A DNA stretch of 64,000 nucleotides from Naegleria gruberi (lineage: Eukaryota): NCBI GenBank assembly GCA_000004985.1, contig GG738862.1; one strand, written 5' to 3'. Shown in pieces: positions 33,768-46,674 of the stretch; positions within the stretch are counted from its first letter, which is position 1, and every line of letters begins with the position of its first letter. Made by a program: the position numbers and the translations under genes. Under the pieces are notes generated by a model. That model was given only the letters and a program-made list of their open reading frames with translations, was not told the DNA's origin and searched no databases.

Positions 33768-36221
33768 TTACTGTGAAGGTTTTTCCTTTTTGATCATGTA
33801 AAAATTCAATTCATAATTCTTTGAGTTTTCTGTGAATAAAAATCCAATAGGAATACTAGTGAAAGTACTCTTCTTCTTATTATCCAGCTTTCCTATTACA
33901 GTTTGAGTCTTGTTCTTTTGATTTTGAGTACAAGATAATCTAATTGTAACTGTTTCATTTTCCAACAATTCCAAATTTCCCAAATAAATGCAAATATTCA
34001 ATTGTGTGCTCATGGATTGGATTTGATCCCTTGTCAATGTAATAGTTCTTGTATAAATATCAGCATGTGTTGAAATTTTACGATTCCAATAGAAAAAGTC
34101 TGTCACTGCATTGAATCCTTCAATAATAACTCCAAAGTGTTGGTCAACAACTGTGAATTGTGATTCGGAATTTGGACTCAGCTCTTCATTCTTATTGGGG
34201 AAAACATCAGAGGTGGACATTCTCTTCTTATTTGGCGAAATTAACTCAATTTCATTGGTAGTTGCCTTTTCTTTCATTCTATTTTCAATCTTAATGTTAC
34301 CTTTGTGTGAATCAACTTCAACCAACACGACACATGGCTGGAACTTTGATGAAACAATAAAGTCATCAAGTCTATCTGCATCTATTTGTCTCACATTAGA
34401 ATCATCAATAGCAAACCATGATCCAAGCTTCTTGTTATAAACGAGGCAAATATAATGTCTTCCATAGTAACAAATAATGGAAGAAACGTGTCCCATTACT
34501 TCAATATCACTACCATTACAATTCAATCTAAATATTTCGTGTAGTTTGATTTGTTTGATTTTAAAATAACTCATAAATTCCAAAATATCATCCTCTGATA
34601 TGATGTCTCTATTCCAAGAGAATGAGAATGATGTGACAGCTGGGAAAGCTTGGAAAATGTGCTTTTGTGAATCAGATATTTCTTTGCATGATTCACAAGT
34701 TCTGTGAAAACTCTCAATAGTTGATCTCAAAGCTCCCTCAAAGCTTAAACTTGGATTTTCTCTTTTTTTCTGCACAAATTCACATGATGAAATGCACCAA
34801 TTAGTTGTAGTATAATTATGTGGATCAGAGAATTTGTTACACTTGGAGCAAACATAAAAATCCGTAACATAAAAATCAAAGATCGGTATTTGAGAATACT
34901 CCAAAGAGTTGTTGATATCCTCAATAATTGCTTGCTATTCAATTGTCAATATTGATAAAAACGATGAGAAACTTACAAAAACCTCTGAGGCATCATCCAT
35001 ATGCTTGAGTTGGAATTTAGAATCCTTATTGTGAGCAAATGATAAGCTATTTCTAACCAGGTTTGGATCCAATATCGAATTTTCACTGTATTTAAAGTGT
35101 GTAAATAAATTTTGGAGGGAGCAATAAACACACGATTCAAAACTCTTATGTTTGTGATTTTTAGGATCAATTGATAGGAATAATTCTCTAAATATTTCCA
35201 AATTCCACAAACTCTGAATCACAACATTTAAAAAACAATTATATTCACCCATAGGATTTGATAATCCTTTGAGAGCTGCTTTTGATTTCTGATTTGCAGT
35301 TGATGTCACATTCGAAGTAGATAAAGGTTGATTCTCAGCAGGTAGGTTGACATAGGTTGCTCTTTCATTTGGTGTTAGAATATCAATCACCTTATTAGCA
35401 AGTTTTGTTATTGGACTTGGTGAAGGTGGTGAATTCTTCTTATTGGAATTATTGTGATTCATTGTTGAAATACTTGGTGCTCTCCTTTGATCATAATTTG
35501 ATTCCTGTTGTGAGCTGCTCATTAAATTACTATTAATACTCTGATTGAGTGCAGTTGTGGTTGCAGAGAAGGGAATAGTTTGACTATTTGGTGAAGTATT
35601 ATATCTTGGTGAGGCTGAAGGAATTGTACTGTTATTACTGCTGCTACTATTGCTATTATTATATATTAAATTATTTGCTGATGACGATGATTGAAGATGA
35701 TTATTGTACATGTTAGTTTGTTGTTGATTTTGTTGTTGTTGTTGTTGATTGAAGGAATGAAGATAGTTTTGTTGGGTAGGAACGAGCACTTGTTGTTGAA
35801 GATGATTTGGGTTTTGATAGAGAATTGGAACTTGATCAATCACTAAAGGCTGATGATTATTATTATTTGGAGGAAGAATGACAACTTGTTGGGGAGAATT
35901 TGTTGAATTGTTATTGTTAGTGTTCATCATCATGGTTGGAGGTGAAACTCTTTGGATTGGAACAGTTTGTTGGATCGGATGTGGTTGTGGTTGAAGGTTA
36001 GGAGAGGTTTGTTGGCCATGAATCATTTGTTGTTGTTGTTGTTGATTATTCATCACAATCAGGTTATTATTATTACTATTGGGTGTTAGTGTTCTTGTTG
36101 ATTGATTCGGAAGAGGAGGTAATTGAGTTGTTTGTTGTTGTTGAGGTTGTTGAGGATGAGCGTGAGCATAAATCATCCGAACTGGTTGCTGTTGCTGTTG
36201 TGGTTGTTGTTGGGGATCCAT
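33768..36221 (-). CDS. ubiquitin carboxyl-terminal hydrolase (USP/UBP, peptidase C19) with Q/N-rich N-terminus; 2 exons
   Basis: Exon 1 about 34978-36221 (MDPQQQ...; Cys box GLSNPMGEYNCFLNVVIQSLWN). 42-nt intron GTAAGT...AATAG at about 34936-34977. Exon 2 33768-34935 (His box MGHVSSIICYYGRHYICLV...WFAIDDSNV). Confidence 0.8.
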
Positions 36222-36536
36222 AGAACTAAATAACTTGATGAAAAATCACTTGGGCAATTCAACTACAAATGTTGTTGATATTATTAATACTTTTTTTTAG
36301 ATAGTTTAAATTGAAACGTGAGCATGTAATGGATTTGAATTGGAAACAAAAAGATTTTAGAATCGTGATTGGGGAAAGGAATTGTATTAGGATGATTTAA
36401 CCTTTATTAATTGGCTTGATTTATGAATTTGTAAAGAACTTTTTTGTTGTATTATTCTATTGATATTATTTGATGATGATGAAATAATAAATTTATCGGG
36501 TGATGATGAAAAGAAAAATTAATTTCATTTAAAAAA

Positions 36537-36821
36537 ATGTCTTCCAGTGTTGGTAAGAGAGGTCTTTCGGAAAGAGAGCTCCAAAGAAAAGAGGAACAAT
36601 TAGCAAAGACTTATGGCTATGAAACAGATCTCACCCACAATGAAGAGTCTGTAGTACAAAAGGAATCTCCAACCACTCCAAAAACTGGTTCTTTTAAGGA
36701 ATTTCTTGCTAGTATTTCCACTTGTGAAAAGGGTAGAAAGAAGAGAAAGCCTAATGTTGCTTGCCATGCTCCAGCTAAAACTTTAGATACTGTTGAACCA
36801 GTCACTCCAATGACCAAATAA
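36537..36821 (+). CDS. small basic/acidic hydrophilic protein (94 aa), unknown function
   Basis: ORF with AAAAAAATG start; K/E-rich; no motif recognised. Confidence 0.35.
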   Translation: MSSSVGKRGLSERELQRKEEQLAKTYGYETDLTHNEESVVQKESPTTPKTGSFKEFLASISTCEKGRKKRKPNVACHAPAKTLDTVEPVTPMTK

Positions 36822-37455
36822 TTAAACTATGAATCATTAGAGAACAATTTACCATCAGACAACATACAATTAGACTGAACAACAAACACACGAGAAACAT
36901 CAACCAATAGTAATATATTCTAAATCTCTAGGAAATCCAGTTCATTCAATCCATTGAACAAACCACGGATGAAAGCCTGTAAATAAATAATTTATCTCAT
37001 AAGAAATAATCGGAAAGTTTTTCATACTTTCATACAACAACAATAATCATACAATGATGAATTGGATAGAGGAATAACCCACTTCTCCGCTTCTTCTTGA
37101 AAACACCACCATCAAGAAATTGTATTGAAAATATCGGAAGACGGAAGCACTTACTAATACATTATCTGACCAGCAAACATTTCATCCATCACTATTCGTT
37201 GTTCGTTCATCATGATATTATGATGTAAAGAGACAATGGACGACTCGACTTGAAAAAATTACGACAAACACTCATCATTGGCAAGTCTATTGTCGGCTTG
37301 TGTTGATCATCTATTTGTATTATATATTATTATTGGTTGGAGGATTCTTTTAGATATAATACACTCCCGGAGTTCATCATCTAAATTTCAAGGAGGAGGA
37401 ACAAACACAATTAATTTATTCTAGTTTGAATTTTATAGTAGAATTAAATAATATA

Positions 37456-39054
37456 ATGGGGAATTCATCATCAAATCGTGAAATTACACTAGTAGAGGAA
37501 AAGGATGTTATTAGAGTTGATTTTGAATTTCCAACTCCAATAGTTGGCGTTGATATGTCTCCGATTCTTCATGTCAAGTATCCTGGAACTTGTATTATTG
37601 AATGGTTTCGAGAGACAGAGGAATTAGATGCTCCTAAACGAGCTTCAATGTCTATCAATCAGAATGATCATTCTATAGACGATTCCGATAGTATTTCTCT
37701 ATATAATGGGTTATGTTATGTTCCAACAAATGAGGATTTAACCTATAAACTTCGTTTAAAAATCATCTTATTTGACGATGAATATTACTTACAGACAGGT
37801 AAATGTTTTTGTAAGGAAATAATAACAAAACCTGTCATTCAAATGCCATCATCTGTTCCAAGAAGAACATTAATTATGAACCCAGATGAGAACATTCTCG
37901 ATTATAGAGCTAAAACTAGGTTATTACTCACCTATTACAAACCAGATTTTTCATTTTCTGTTGGAAGTTACACCCTATCATATATTAAGCATGTTCTACA
38001 TCCTGTTACAATACCCGAATTGGATTTTATCAAATACTCTGTGTATAGAAGAAGATTAATTTATAGAGAAATAATACAATCGGATGTGGATGTACTAGCT
38101 TTACAAAATATTTCTTCAGCGGAATATCATGAATGGAATTTGGATTTATCAAAGATTGGTTACTCTAATATCAATCATATTACAGAAATTGAAACAGGAA
38201 ATTGCACCTTTTATAAGCGATCGAAGTTTAGTAGATTCAACGACACTAAAGTAACAGAATTGGAATATGACGATTCTGTATTCAAGACACTTGTCAGTAC
38301 CCTTATGGAGATTGGAAACTTCACTGAGGATCAAATCAATTTGCAACAATTGAAAAGCATTGCTTCCCTCCATTCGGAAAGGATGAAGAGTGGTCTGCCA
38401 TCCATTTGTAGTCTAGTCGAATTTGAGATGAAAGATAATGCAGAAATACTCAAAGTATTCAATCACGAGCTCAATGAAGACAAAAAAAACACCAAACTTA
38501 GGCCAAATATTCTCTTTGACCAAGTCAGCGTTTTATCCATCAATTTTTCTTTGCATTCACTGTATGTTATTGAGCAAGAAAGTCTAGGTGAGGAGGTCAA
38601 TATGAAATTCCTCCTTCTTCAGATAATATCGTTATTCAGGAACATACGTTCATATATTGCATCACGAGTTCAGCAACAACCCAAGTTGCGTCTAGGTATC
38701 ACCTTTTGTGGTAATATTGGTACAAATACCGAAGATACTATCTTACACAAGTATATTGAAAATCAATTTGGTTTCACCGATCCTTACAAGGTTATAACAG
38801 GAGATGAATTTAAATTCTTGTCCAATTTTGATCATACCAAGAAGTATAATAGTAATCATATTTGGTTTTCGAAAGAGCATTTCCAAACCACTTCTATTGT
38901 GTCTGGCACTGTTCAAGTTCCTCAATTATCAATTGTACCTCAAGACGATTCTGAAAATGAGTTGGCATTCCCTAATGAAAATTTTGTGTGTGAGGAACCA
39001 ATGCTAAAATGCGAAATTCAATGGATTGATCCGTATGAAAAACTGGATCAATAA
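37456..39054 (+). CDS. N-myristoylation-motif protein with possible endonuclease/exonuclease/phosphatase (EEP)-like region, unknown function
   Basis: ORF 37426..39054 (TTG in the track); real ATG at 37456 giving MGNSSSN. DVDVLALQNISSAEYHEWNLD weakly resembles the EEP motif (D.D..CLQE). Confidence 0.4.
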   Translation: MGNSSSNREITLVEEKDVIRVDFEFPTPIVGVDMSPILHVKYPGTCIIEWFRETEELDAPKRASMSINQNDHSIDDSDSISLYNGLCYVPTNEDLTYKLRLKIILFDDEYYLQTGKCFCKEIITKPVIQMPSSVPRRTLIMNPDENILDYRAKTRLLLTYYKPDFSFSVGSYTLSYIKHVLHPVTIPELDFIKYSVYRRRLIYREIIQSDVDVLALQNISSAEYHEWNLDLSKIGYSNINHITEIETGNCTFYKRSKFSRFNDTKVTELEYDDSVFKTLVSTLMEIGNFTEDQINLQQLKSIASLHSERMKSGLPSICSLVEFEMKDNAEILKVFNHELNEDKKNTKLRPNILFDQVSVLSINFSLHSLYVIEQESLGEEVNMKFLLLQIISLFRNIRSYIASRVQQQPKLRLGITFCGNIGTNTEDTILHKYIENQFGFTDPYKVITGDEFKFLSNFDHTKKYNSNHIWFSKEHFQTTSIVSGTVQVPQLSIVPQDDSENELAFPNENFVCEEPMLKCEIQWIDPYEKLDQ

Positions 39055-39161
39055 TGTAATTTGTTATAAATTATTGAAATTATTTAATAATTATAATTGA
39101 GAAACCTAGAGGATTGATTTTATTTACATTAACCTAGTGGAAATATTTAAAATTGATAAAA

Positions 39162-40505
39162 TTACAAATTCTTTCTAATGATTGAGGAGATGAAATGCTC
39201 ACCAAATAAGTGATAATAATCAGTATTTACAATATTTAACTGACTTGATGGCAAGATGCTTGCAATCCAACTTGGAATTGCTTGATAATTCATGAGAGCT
39301 AACTCTTTCACTGATTTTGGAGATTCAAAAAGGCCATTTACCATCATATTCAAATCTGGAGTCATTAGAATTTGAGAAACAAATTTGTATTGGAAATTCG
39401 TTCTCGAATTCAATTCAGCAATAATTTCACTCTTCAATAAATTCATATTTTGCTTATTGGCCCATCTGGTGTCAATTCTCCAACTTGGAAAGAGATTATA
39501 TGCATTTGCATAATTGATTACTGTTGTGGAATGGGAATAATAGAAGAAAACTCTTTGTGGACTACTCAAGATTTGATTAAGAGTAGAATTGGTACTAAAG
39601 TGAGCAGGATTAATCATCAATTCACTTCCTAAAATGGAACGACTCATATTCAAAAATTCCAAATGATCATTCTGAGTTGAAAATCCATACAAATGATTAA
39701 AATCCAAAGTAACAACTTCCTTCTTATTATCATTCAAAAATTGCTTAACTTGTCTCAACACATTAGCAATGGTGACACTTGCCAATCCATGACAAGCAAC
39801 AAATTTCAACTCACTGCTAGAAACTCCACTCATCTTACAAACTCTCAAATCCAAATGTCTAATTCCTTGATTTAACTGTTGATAAATTGTGCATTCTTGA
39901 TTCTTAAACCAAGGAGCAACAAATTGCTTAATTCTCTGCGTGTTCAATCCGTACGATGTGAAAATTTGGATCATTTGAGGAATGAGAGTCATGGATGGAT
40001 CAGATTGTAAGTCAGAACTGTATTCCTGAGAGGACGAAACATTATAGGTGGCAGAGTCGTGAGTTGCTGGAATTTTAAGCTTGGTAATTTGAGTATTTCC
40101 AATTTTGGAAAGTAAATCTTGCATCCATCGATTACTTTTGACAGTTCCAACAAAAGATGAAGTGCTAAACGCAAGATCATAATGTCTTTTGCATAGTAAG
40201 GAACTGTCACTTGGATGGTGATGATGTTCGGCACCAAGGGTTGTCAATTGTCGTTTTAATTGCATGACCTTTTCCATTGTAAATTGTTTAGAAATTGTTT
40301 TAGGGATTTGATGTTGAATAATATCGGATCCGAATGTTTTACTTCTCAACATTGTTCCCACGAATGTATTCTTCAAGTTTCCGATAACTTTAGAGAAACC
40401 AGACGAAAGATTAATAGATTCAACTAGTATAATATGATGTTGGATAACAAGATAGATTATACAAATGAGGATCATCGATCTGAAATGTTGCACAGTAGCT
40501 TTCAT
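39162..40505 (-). CDS. secreted PI-PLC X-domain-containing protein (PLCXD-like)
   Basis: ORF 39162..40559. The second ATG, in A-rich context (AAAACAAAATGAAAGCT), gives signal peptide MKATVQHFRSMILICIIYLV. KIPATHDSATY matches the PI-PLC X-box (IPGTHDS). Confidence 0.55.
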   Translation of the reverse strand: MKATVQHFRSMILICIIYLVIQHHIILVESINLSSGFSKVIGNLKNTFVGTMLRSKTFGSDIIQHQIPKTISKQFTMEKVMQLKRQLTTLGAEHHHHPSDSSLLCKRHYDLAFSTSSFVGTVKSNRWMQDLLSKIGNTQITKLKIPATHDSATYNVSSSQEYSSDLQSDPSMTLIPQMIQIFTSYGLNTQRIKQFVAPWFKNQECTIYQQLNQGIRHLDLRVCKMSGVSSSELKFVACHGLASVTIANVLRQVKQFLNDNKKEVVTLDFNHLYGFSTQNDHLEFLNMSRSILGSELMINPAHFSTNSTLNQILSSPQRVFFYYSHSTTVINYANAYNLFPSWRIDTRWANKQNMNLLKSEIIAELNSRTNFQYKFVSQILMTPDLNMMVNGLFESPKSVKELALMNYQAIPSWIASILPSSQLNIVNTDYYHLFGEHFISSIIRKNL

Positions 40506-41143
40506 TTTGTTTTTTATGTGTTTGTTATTTGAAATCTTGTTCAATAGAGTTTCTCTCATATTTATTCGAAATCAACATGATAAACATTTCAAATGTCAAT
40601 GATCAGAATTCAAATTGAAATTACCGTAATTAAGGCAGAGCAATCGTTTTTCATAACACTTAAGGATGACAAGAAACATCACTTTCGAATAGAGAAGTAA
40701 AAATTGTGTTAGGAATGTTCAATTACTTGGATTTTTTCTTGAATGATCTGTTGAATGGTGACAGATGGAGTGTTTGCAAAGTATAGTTTTTGATTGTCCG
40801 ATAAGGTAATACAACCTCTGTTTAGATTTTCAAGTTTCTTTCAAAGAGTTTACAATAGATTATTCGAAAGGGACGAATCTGTTTGAAATGATGGAAAATC
40901 ATGTGATTTTGTATTACCATGATTATAATACGATTGTATTGTAGTAATTTTTGGTTATTGTTACCCTAAAATGGTTTTAATTGTTGAAAAATCGTATATT
41001 TTGAATCTATTAGAAAGTTGTAATTGAAAATAAAGATAAAATTTTCAAAGAAATATTTCAATCTTTAGCTGATTAAATATTAATATCTAGAATCTGGATT
41101 GTAACAAATTAATTTTCAGCCAACTAGAAACCGAATCAATAAA

Positions 41144-43235
41144 ATGTCATCTATTCGAAAGTTCAAAAAAATGTTAAAACGTTTCGTCTATCTTTTCCTT
41201 CTGCTAACCATCACCCTCCCCTTCATCACACCTTCTCCCAAACAAAAACTTGATCTTTTACGTGGAGAAATGCAAAAAAATTCAATTTTTGCTTACATTA
41301 TTCCAACGTCGGATTCCCACATGTCCGAATATGTTTCGTCTAGTGATCAGAGAAGAGCTTTTATTAGTGGATTTGATGGGTCGGCTGGAACTGCTCTGGT
41401 AACTATGGATTCGGCCTTGTTGTGGACTGATGGAAGATATTGGAAACAAGCCGAAAATCAATTAGATTCGAATTATTGGAAATTAATGAAAGGTGGAGTG
41501 GATGTTTCGTTAACAAGTTGGTTATCGGAAAATATGAAAGGAAATCAAAGTGTTGGTGTGGATCCTTTTTTATATTCGGTGGGTGAGTTGAAATTTGAAT
41601 TTGAAAATTTATTGTAAAGATGAGTTTAAAAGTTTACAAAAAAGCTCAGTTCCAATCAAGGTTATTTATCAAAATTTGGTTGATTTAATATGGGAGAATA
41701 GACCACCTTCTCCAAATGGAACTATTTTCGAATTGGGAATTGAATTTTCTGGTCAATCAACAAGTGACAAACTTTCGAATATTAGAACAAGTATGAAAAG
41801 TAAGAATGTTAATTGTTATATAGTCACTGCTTTGGACGAAATTGCTTGGATTCTCAATCTTAGAGGTTCTGATATTGAATATAACACTGTATTCTTCAGC
41901 TATTTAATTATTACAATGGAAGAAGTGAGATTTTATGTTGACAAGTCAAAATTCAAAAGTTCTGACATTGAAAAACATTTGGAAAGTAGTGGAATTTCAG
42001 TTAGACTCTACACTTCGTACATTCAAGATCTTTCCCAATTGACACAACAATCAAGTTCAGTATTTATTGATCCAACCTATTGTAATTATGCAACTTATAG
42101 TTCCATAAAAAGTGAAACCATTCAGGAGGGAACTAGTTTCATTCGGTTCGAAAAGGCCATTAAGAATGATGTTGAAAGACAGGGATTTAGAAATTGTCAT
42201 GTGAGGGATGGTCTTGCTGTTGTTCGTTATCTTGCATGGTTGGAGAATGAATTGAAATTAGGACATGTTGTCAATGAATTTGATGGAGCATTGAAATTGG
42301 AATCGTTCAGAGTTGAGGGTTCTCATTTCCTTCGTTCCAGTTTTGAAACAATTAGTGCCTATGGAGAGAATGCTGCCATAATTCACTACTCTCCCACTCG
42401 TGAGAATCATGCAAATATTGGAAATGATAATGTCTATTTATTAGATAGTGGAGGTCAATATCTTGATGGAACAACCGATATTACCAGAACTGTTCATTTT
42501 GGAGAGCCAAGTGAAAAAGTGAAAAGAAGTTTCACACGTGTTTTGCAAGGTCAATTAGCACTAAGCTCTTTAATCTTTCCAAGCGGCTTGGCTGGCGATA
42601 AAATGGAACCTATTGCAAGATTTGCCTTGTGGAAAGAAGGTTTAAATTATAATCATGGTTCTGGACATGGAGTTGGACATTGTTTGGATGTTCATGAAGG
42701 TCCTCATGGAATTGGGGTTCCTGGATTTGGATTTAAGGAACATTATGATGTCACTATAGAGCCAGGTTATTACGAAATTGGAAATTTCGGTATTCGTATT
42801 GAAAATCTCTATCTAGTAAGAAAAAGTCAAACGCCAAATAATTTTGATGGCAAGACATATTTAGAATTTGAACAAATTACATACTGCCCAATTCAGCCAA
42901 CACTTGTAGATCCTGAATTGTTGAGTGATAAGGAGTTACAAGCTGTCAATGGGTATAATCAACAAGTATGGGAGAAATTGAGTCCACTACTTTCGAATGA
43001 TTTATTGGCATTGAATTATTTGAAACGAAACACTCAACCAATTGATCTAAATAATTCAAGCAATTCCATTGTTACCATATTGGCCATTTCGCTAGCAACG
43101 ATTTTGGTAATTTGTGCCTTTTCAATTATTGGAAATGTTTATTTTGCAATTAAAATTAGAAAGGAATCAAAAAGAAATGGAAGTCATCACCATAATGATG
43201 GTGAACTACAAGCATTAAGTGAAGATGGTTATTAA
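41144..43235 (+). CDS. Xaa-Pro aminopeptidase (aminopeptidase P, M24B), membrane-anchored form; 2 exons
   Basis: Exon 1 41144 to about 41582 (signal/anchor, FISGFDGSAGTALVTMDSALLWTDGRYW). 37-nt intron GTGAGT...AAAG. Exon 2 about 41620-43235 (HGSGHGVGHCLDVHEGP signature; C-terminal TM ILAISLATILVICAFSIIG). Confidence 0.8.
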
Positions 43236-43450
43236 TAAATCTTTTCATTTCACACTTCTTAAAACCTTCTTTCCTTTCTTTGAATTTCTGAAAGCTGTTT
43301 GGCTTTCTCAATCATTCCAATAATCGTTATTACACTGAAATTTGTTTTATCAGAAGATATCAAATTTAGCTGAATTATCAAGCTACTACAGTAGTCATTA
43401 CCATGTTTATTACAAAAGTACTAACTTCAGTAGAGAAGAAAACAATTTAT

Positions 43451-46009
43451 TTAAAGAGAAATCTTCCATTCAGCATTGAATAATGTCTTTTGTTGAGCTG
43501 GGAGAGACCAGGACCACAAAGTTCTTTGATTTCTTTGTTTCCAATGGCAGTCTACAATCCAAAACTTGCAATCTCTCCAAGCATAGTATGCTTCCAAATT
43601 GGCAGACATTGGTTGAGTTTGTAATTGAACATCAACTCCTACAGTACAGAGAGTACCATGGACATAACCTTGAGGAACTAAAGCTGCTTGGAATGAAGCA
43701 TCCAATTCAATACCACCCTTAATAATGAGCAAGTCGATATCAGCTTGACCATCAATAGTAATTTGAGCAGAAGGAATAACTTCAACCATAGCGCTCAATT
43801 GAGCATCACAAATTTGCCATCCCCATTCAGCATCCAAACCAAGAGTAGCACCAGCACTGAAAGTGATTGGAACAATTGAAACCCAAACAGTGTATTCATA
43901 GTTGAATCCATTGCTAGTATGATAAAGTTGATAAGTGTGCAAGTTACAATCAATAAGTTGAGTTGGTAAAGTTTGTTGATAAACAACCTTGTCGAAAACA
44001 CTCAAGAAGATGGTATTGTCTACAGTTTGTGCTCCTTGCTTACCATATGCAGCCTTGGCATCAAAAATACTGGCTTGTTTGGCACCTAAAACATCAACAT
44101 TGGCATAGGCTTCAATTCTTCCATCATAGTTAAAGTTTGGATGATTACAATCAAAGTTGGTTCCAACAAAGAAATCACCGTGCAAATCAACAGAGACAGT
44201 ATCACCACCAAGGTTATAATCTTTGGTAATTGAACGATTGTATGGGTATGGAGAGTCATCGAAAGTGAGCTTACTTGATGGAATGGAATACTTCTTGGCA
44301 AAGGCCTTCATAACCATTCTGAGAGCAGATCTTACTTGTTGATTCTTTTCAGTGGCCAACAATTTAGAAACGACTGGAAGAACATCTTGTGGCTTGAAAA
44401 TGGTTTCAGCATTGTAGATGGCACCGAGAATAGAGACAGCAATTGATGAATCAGATTCCTTTGTAAGAAGAGCAGAACGATCGAGCATTTCGAGCAAGGT
44501 GGAGGCAGCGTCCTTCTTGACTGAAGCTGGAGTAGTTGATCTAGAAACCAAAGAACCAAAGGCTAATAATGCAGCATCTCTGAGAACTGGATTAGAATCA
44601 TAATATTTACCAAACATGGAATAAATCTTACGAATGGATGCAGCAGTTGGTTGCTTCATACCAGTGTTAGCAGACAAGAGAGAGTGGAAGAGCAAATCAT
44701 TGGCGATCTTTGGTTCAATACCATCGAATGATGCTTCAATAAATTCAGAGAAGAATAAATCTTCAAAATTCTTGGCAGAAGTGAGTAAGAAAAAGACCTT
44801 ATCTCTCATTTGCTTATTGTTGGCTTGCTTAAGGTTGGTAATATACTTCATCAAGGTAGTCTTGGCACTGGCCAAAGTTTCAATAACCTTTGGAGCAGAG
44901 CTGTCAAAGAACTTGGCGAGCTTCTTCAAATCCTTGTGATGAGCAATTAATGGCTTTGGTGAGTCCAAAATGGTTGAGATCATTTGAATAGGATCTTCCT
45001 TGAGCATTGGCAATTCATAATTAATTGACTTCAATGAAGCAATGGTACTCTTGGCAACTTCGAACAATGAACCCTTCTTGAATGAGGCATTGTTGATTGG
45101 AGAAACCTTGTTGAAAGCAGTAATAACTTGTTGAGATTGCAAAGCAATATTCAAAGAACCAGCACTTCTCATATTCATATCAAAACCAGTACTATTGGTG
45201 AGTCCCAACTTGGCACCAAGTTGCATGGAAGCAATGTTGGTGATTTGAGAGGTAGTAGTAGAGGCAATATAACCATTTGGATGGACAGCAGTTTGAGCAG
45301 TAGCTTGAATGTCGACATTGTTGGCAGTAACTTGAGCATCACTGAATGATCTAAAGTTTTGTTGAGTGAATTGCTTGTTAATATTCAACATGGCAGCTGG
45401 AGCAGCTTGATAGGCACTAGTGTGGACACCAACACAATCTTGTTCCAAAATTGTGGCAGTACTTTGGGTGACATAGGTCTGGAAGGCACTAATAGCTGAC
45501 AATTTAACATTGACAAAATATGGAGAATCGCCATCTTGATAATAAACTTGAGTAATTTCACCTGTTGGAAGTTGAATAAAGTACATGTCATAACCAAGAG
45601 CAGAACTATCACTAGCACCAAAAGTCAAGGTTGTCTTGGCATTGGCAATCTTGGTATCCTTGTTAATCAAACTGACACGAGAAGCACGAGCGTGTTCACT
45701 AGTTTGACCAACACCAACTTGTGTATTGAACATGTTAGCAACAAAAACAAATGATCCATCCTTTTGAATTTCATTACATCTGTGAACATAGACAGAGTCG
45801 AGAGTAGAAGTGGTTCCATTAGTAAGAGAGTTACTCTTTTGAACATTTCCTCTGGCATCAACAGTACCATGAAGATTAAAAACAAATTCCTGACCGACCT
45901 GGTAGGATAATTGTGAAGGGAGTGCTGAAATGGCTTGAACCATCATGATGATCGCCATCAAGACAACAGCAACACCACCATACAAACCGACGCGATTAAA
46001 GTTCTTCAT
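43451..46009 (-). CDS. secreted large lipid-transfer-protein-like (vitellogenin-N/apolipophorin-like beta-barrel + alpha-helical domain) protein
   Basis: Continuous 852-aa ORF with signal peptide. N-terminal YQVGQEFVFNLHGTV-type beta segment. Long amphipathic helical region (LKKLAKFFDSSAPKVIETLASAKTTL...), then beta-rich C-terminus. Confidence 0.4.
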   Translation of the reverse strand: MKNFNRVGLYGGVAVVLMAIIMMVQAISALPSQLSYQVGQEFVFNLHGTVDARGNVQKSNSLTNGTTSTLDSVYVHRCNEIQKDGSFVFVANMFNTQVGVGQTSEHARASRVSLINKDTKIANAKTTLTFGASDSSALGYDMYFIQLPTGEITQVYYQDGDSPYFVNVKLSAISAFQTYVTQSTATILEQDCVGVHTSAYQAAPAAMLNINKQFTQQNFRSFSDAQVTANNVDIQATAQTAVHPNGYIASTTTSQITNIASMQLGAKLGLTNSTGFDMNMRSAGSLNIALQSQQVITAFNKVSPINNASFKKGSLFEVAKSTIASLKSINYELPMLKEDPIQMISTILDSPKPLIAHHKDLKKLAKFFDSSAPKVIETLASAKTTLMKYITNLKQANNKQMRDKVFFLLTSAKNFEDLFFSEFIEASFDGIEPKIANDLLFHSLLSANTGMKQPTAASIRKIYSMFGKYYDSNPVLRDAALLAFGSLVSRSTTPASVKKDAASTLLEMLDRSALLTKESDSSIAVSILGAIYNAETIFKPQDVLPVVSKLLATEKNQQVRSALRMVMKAFAKKYSIPSSKLTFDDSPYPYNRSITKDYNLGGDTVSVDLHGDFFVGTNFDCNHPNFNYDGRIEAYANVDVLGAKQASIFDAKAAYGKQGAQTVDNTIFLSVFDKVVYQQTLPTQLIDCNLHTYQLYHTSNGFNYEYTVWVSIVPITFSAGATLGLDAEWGWQICDAQLSAMVEVIPSAQITIDGQADIDLLIIKGGIELDASFQAALVPQGYVHGTLCTVGVDVQLQTQPMSANLEAYYAWRDCKFWIVDCHWKQRNQRTLWSWSLPAQQKTLFNAEWKISL

Positions 46010-46368
46010 ATTTTGAGAGCAGCGCTTGATAAATAGAGCGCAGCGGCAGGTTAGTGATTTTTTTTTCTGATGATTTTTTGTCAGGTCGCACTACCTTGCA
46101 GCGTTGATATTGAGGTGGAAGGTTCGTTATGATATTTAAGAAAAAAGATTTTTTGAAAAATCAATGGCTTTGTTAGGTGGTTGATGGCAATTTACATGAA
46201 ATAATGCATTAAGGCGTTGTTGTTGTGGAATAATTGAATTTGATACGGATGGATATGCTTTTACTGTAATCTTTGGATTAAAAGTTCTTATTTAGAAAAG
46301 CGCGAGGATGATGAATATTCCAAATTCTTAATGTTGTGTAAATTATTCGGTGATGAAGAGAGAAAAAA

Positions 46369-46587
46369 ATGGAAGAACGAGAAAGAAGGATGAAACTCTT
46401 AATGTTCAAACATGAAATTTATTCTTCGTCATCTTTGCGACAATCGGAGTTGAAGAGTCTTATACAACAACGAATTAAAAATTATTTAAAAAGTAGAATT
46501 GAAAGGAAGCAACCTGTTGATTTGGATCATCCAGAGAATAGGGAATTTATTGATGAATTGATGAAGGAATTTTTCAAATTGGATTAA
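46369..46587 (+). CDS. small hydrophilic protein (72 aa), unknown function
   Basis: AAAAAAATGGAA start context; R/K/E-rich; it could equally be a uORF or not a gene. Confidence 0.25.
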   Translation: MEERERRMKLLMFKHEIYSSSSLRQSELKSLIQQRIKNYLKSRIERKQPVDLDHPENREFIDELMKEFFKLD

Positions 46588-46674
46588 TATTAATTTGTAT
46601 AAATCAATAATGGACAAGAATAATAACGAAGGAATTATTTAAATTTATATTGATGACATCATAGTGATGAGAAT

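Noticed and set aside
34111-34440. 109-aa + strand ORF inside the USP gene
   Set aside because: It is antisense to exon 2 of the USP deubiquitinase and has no support.
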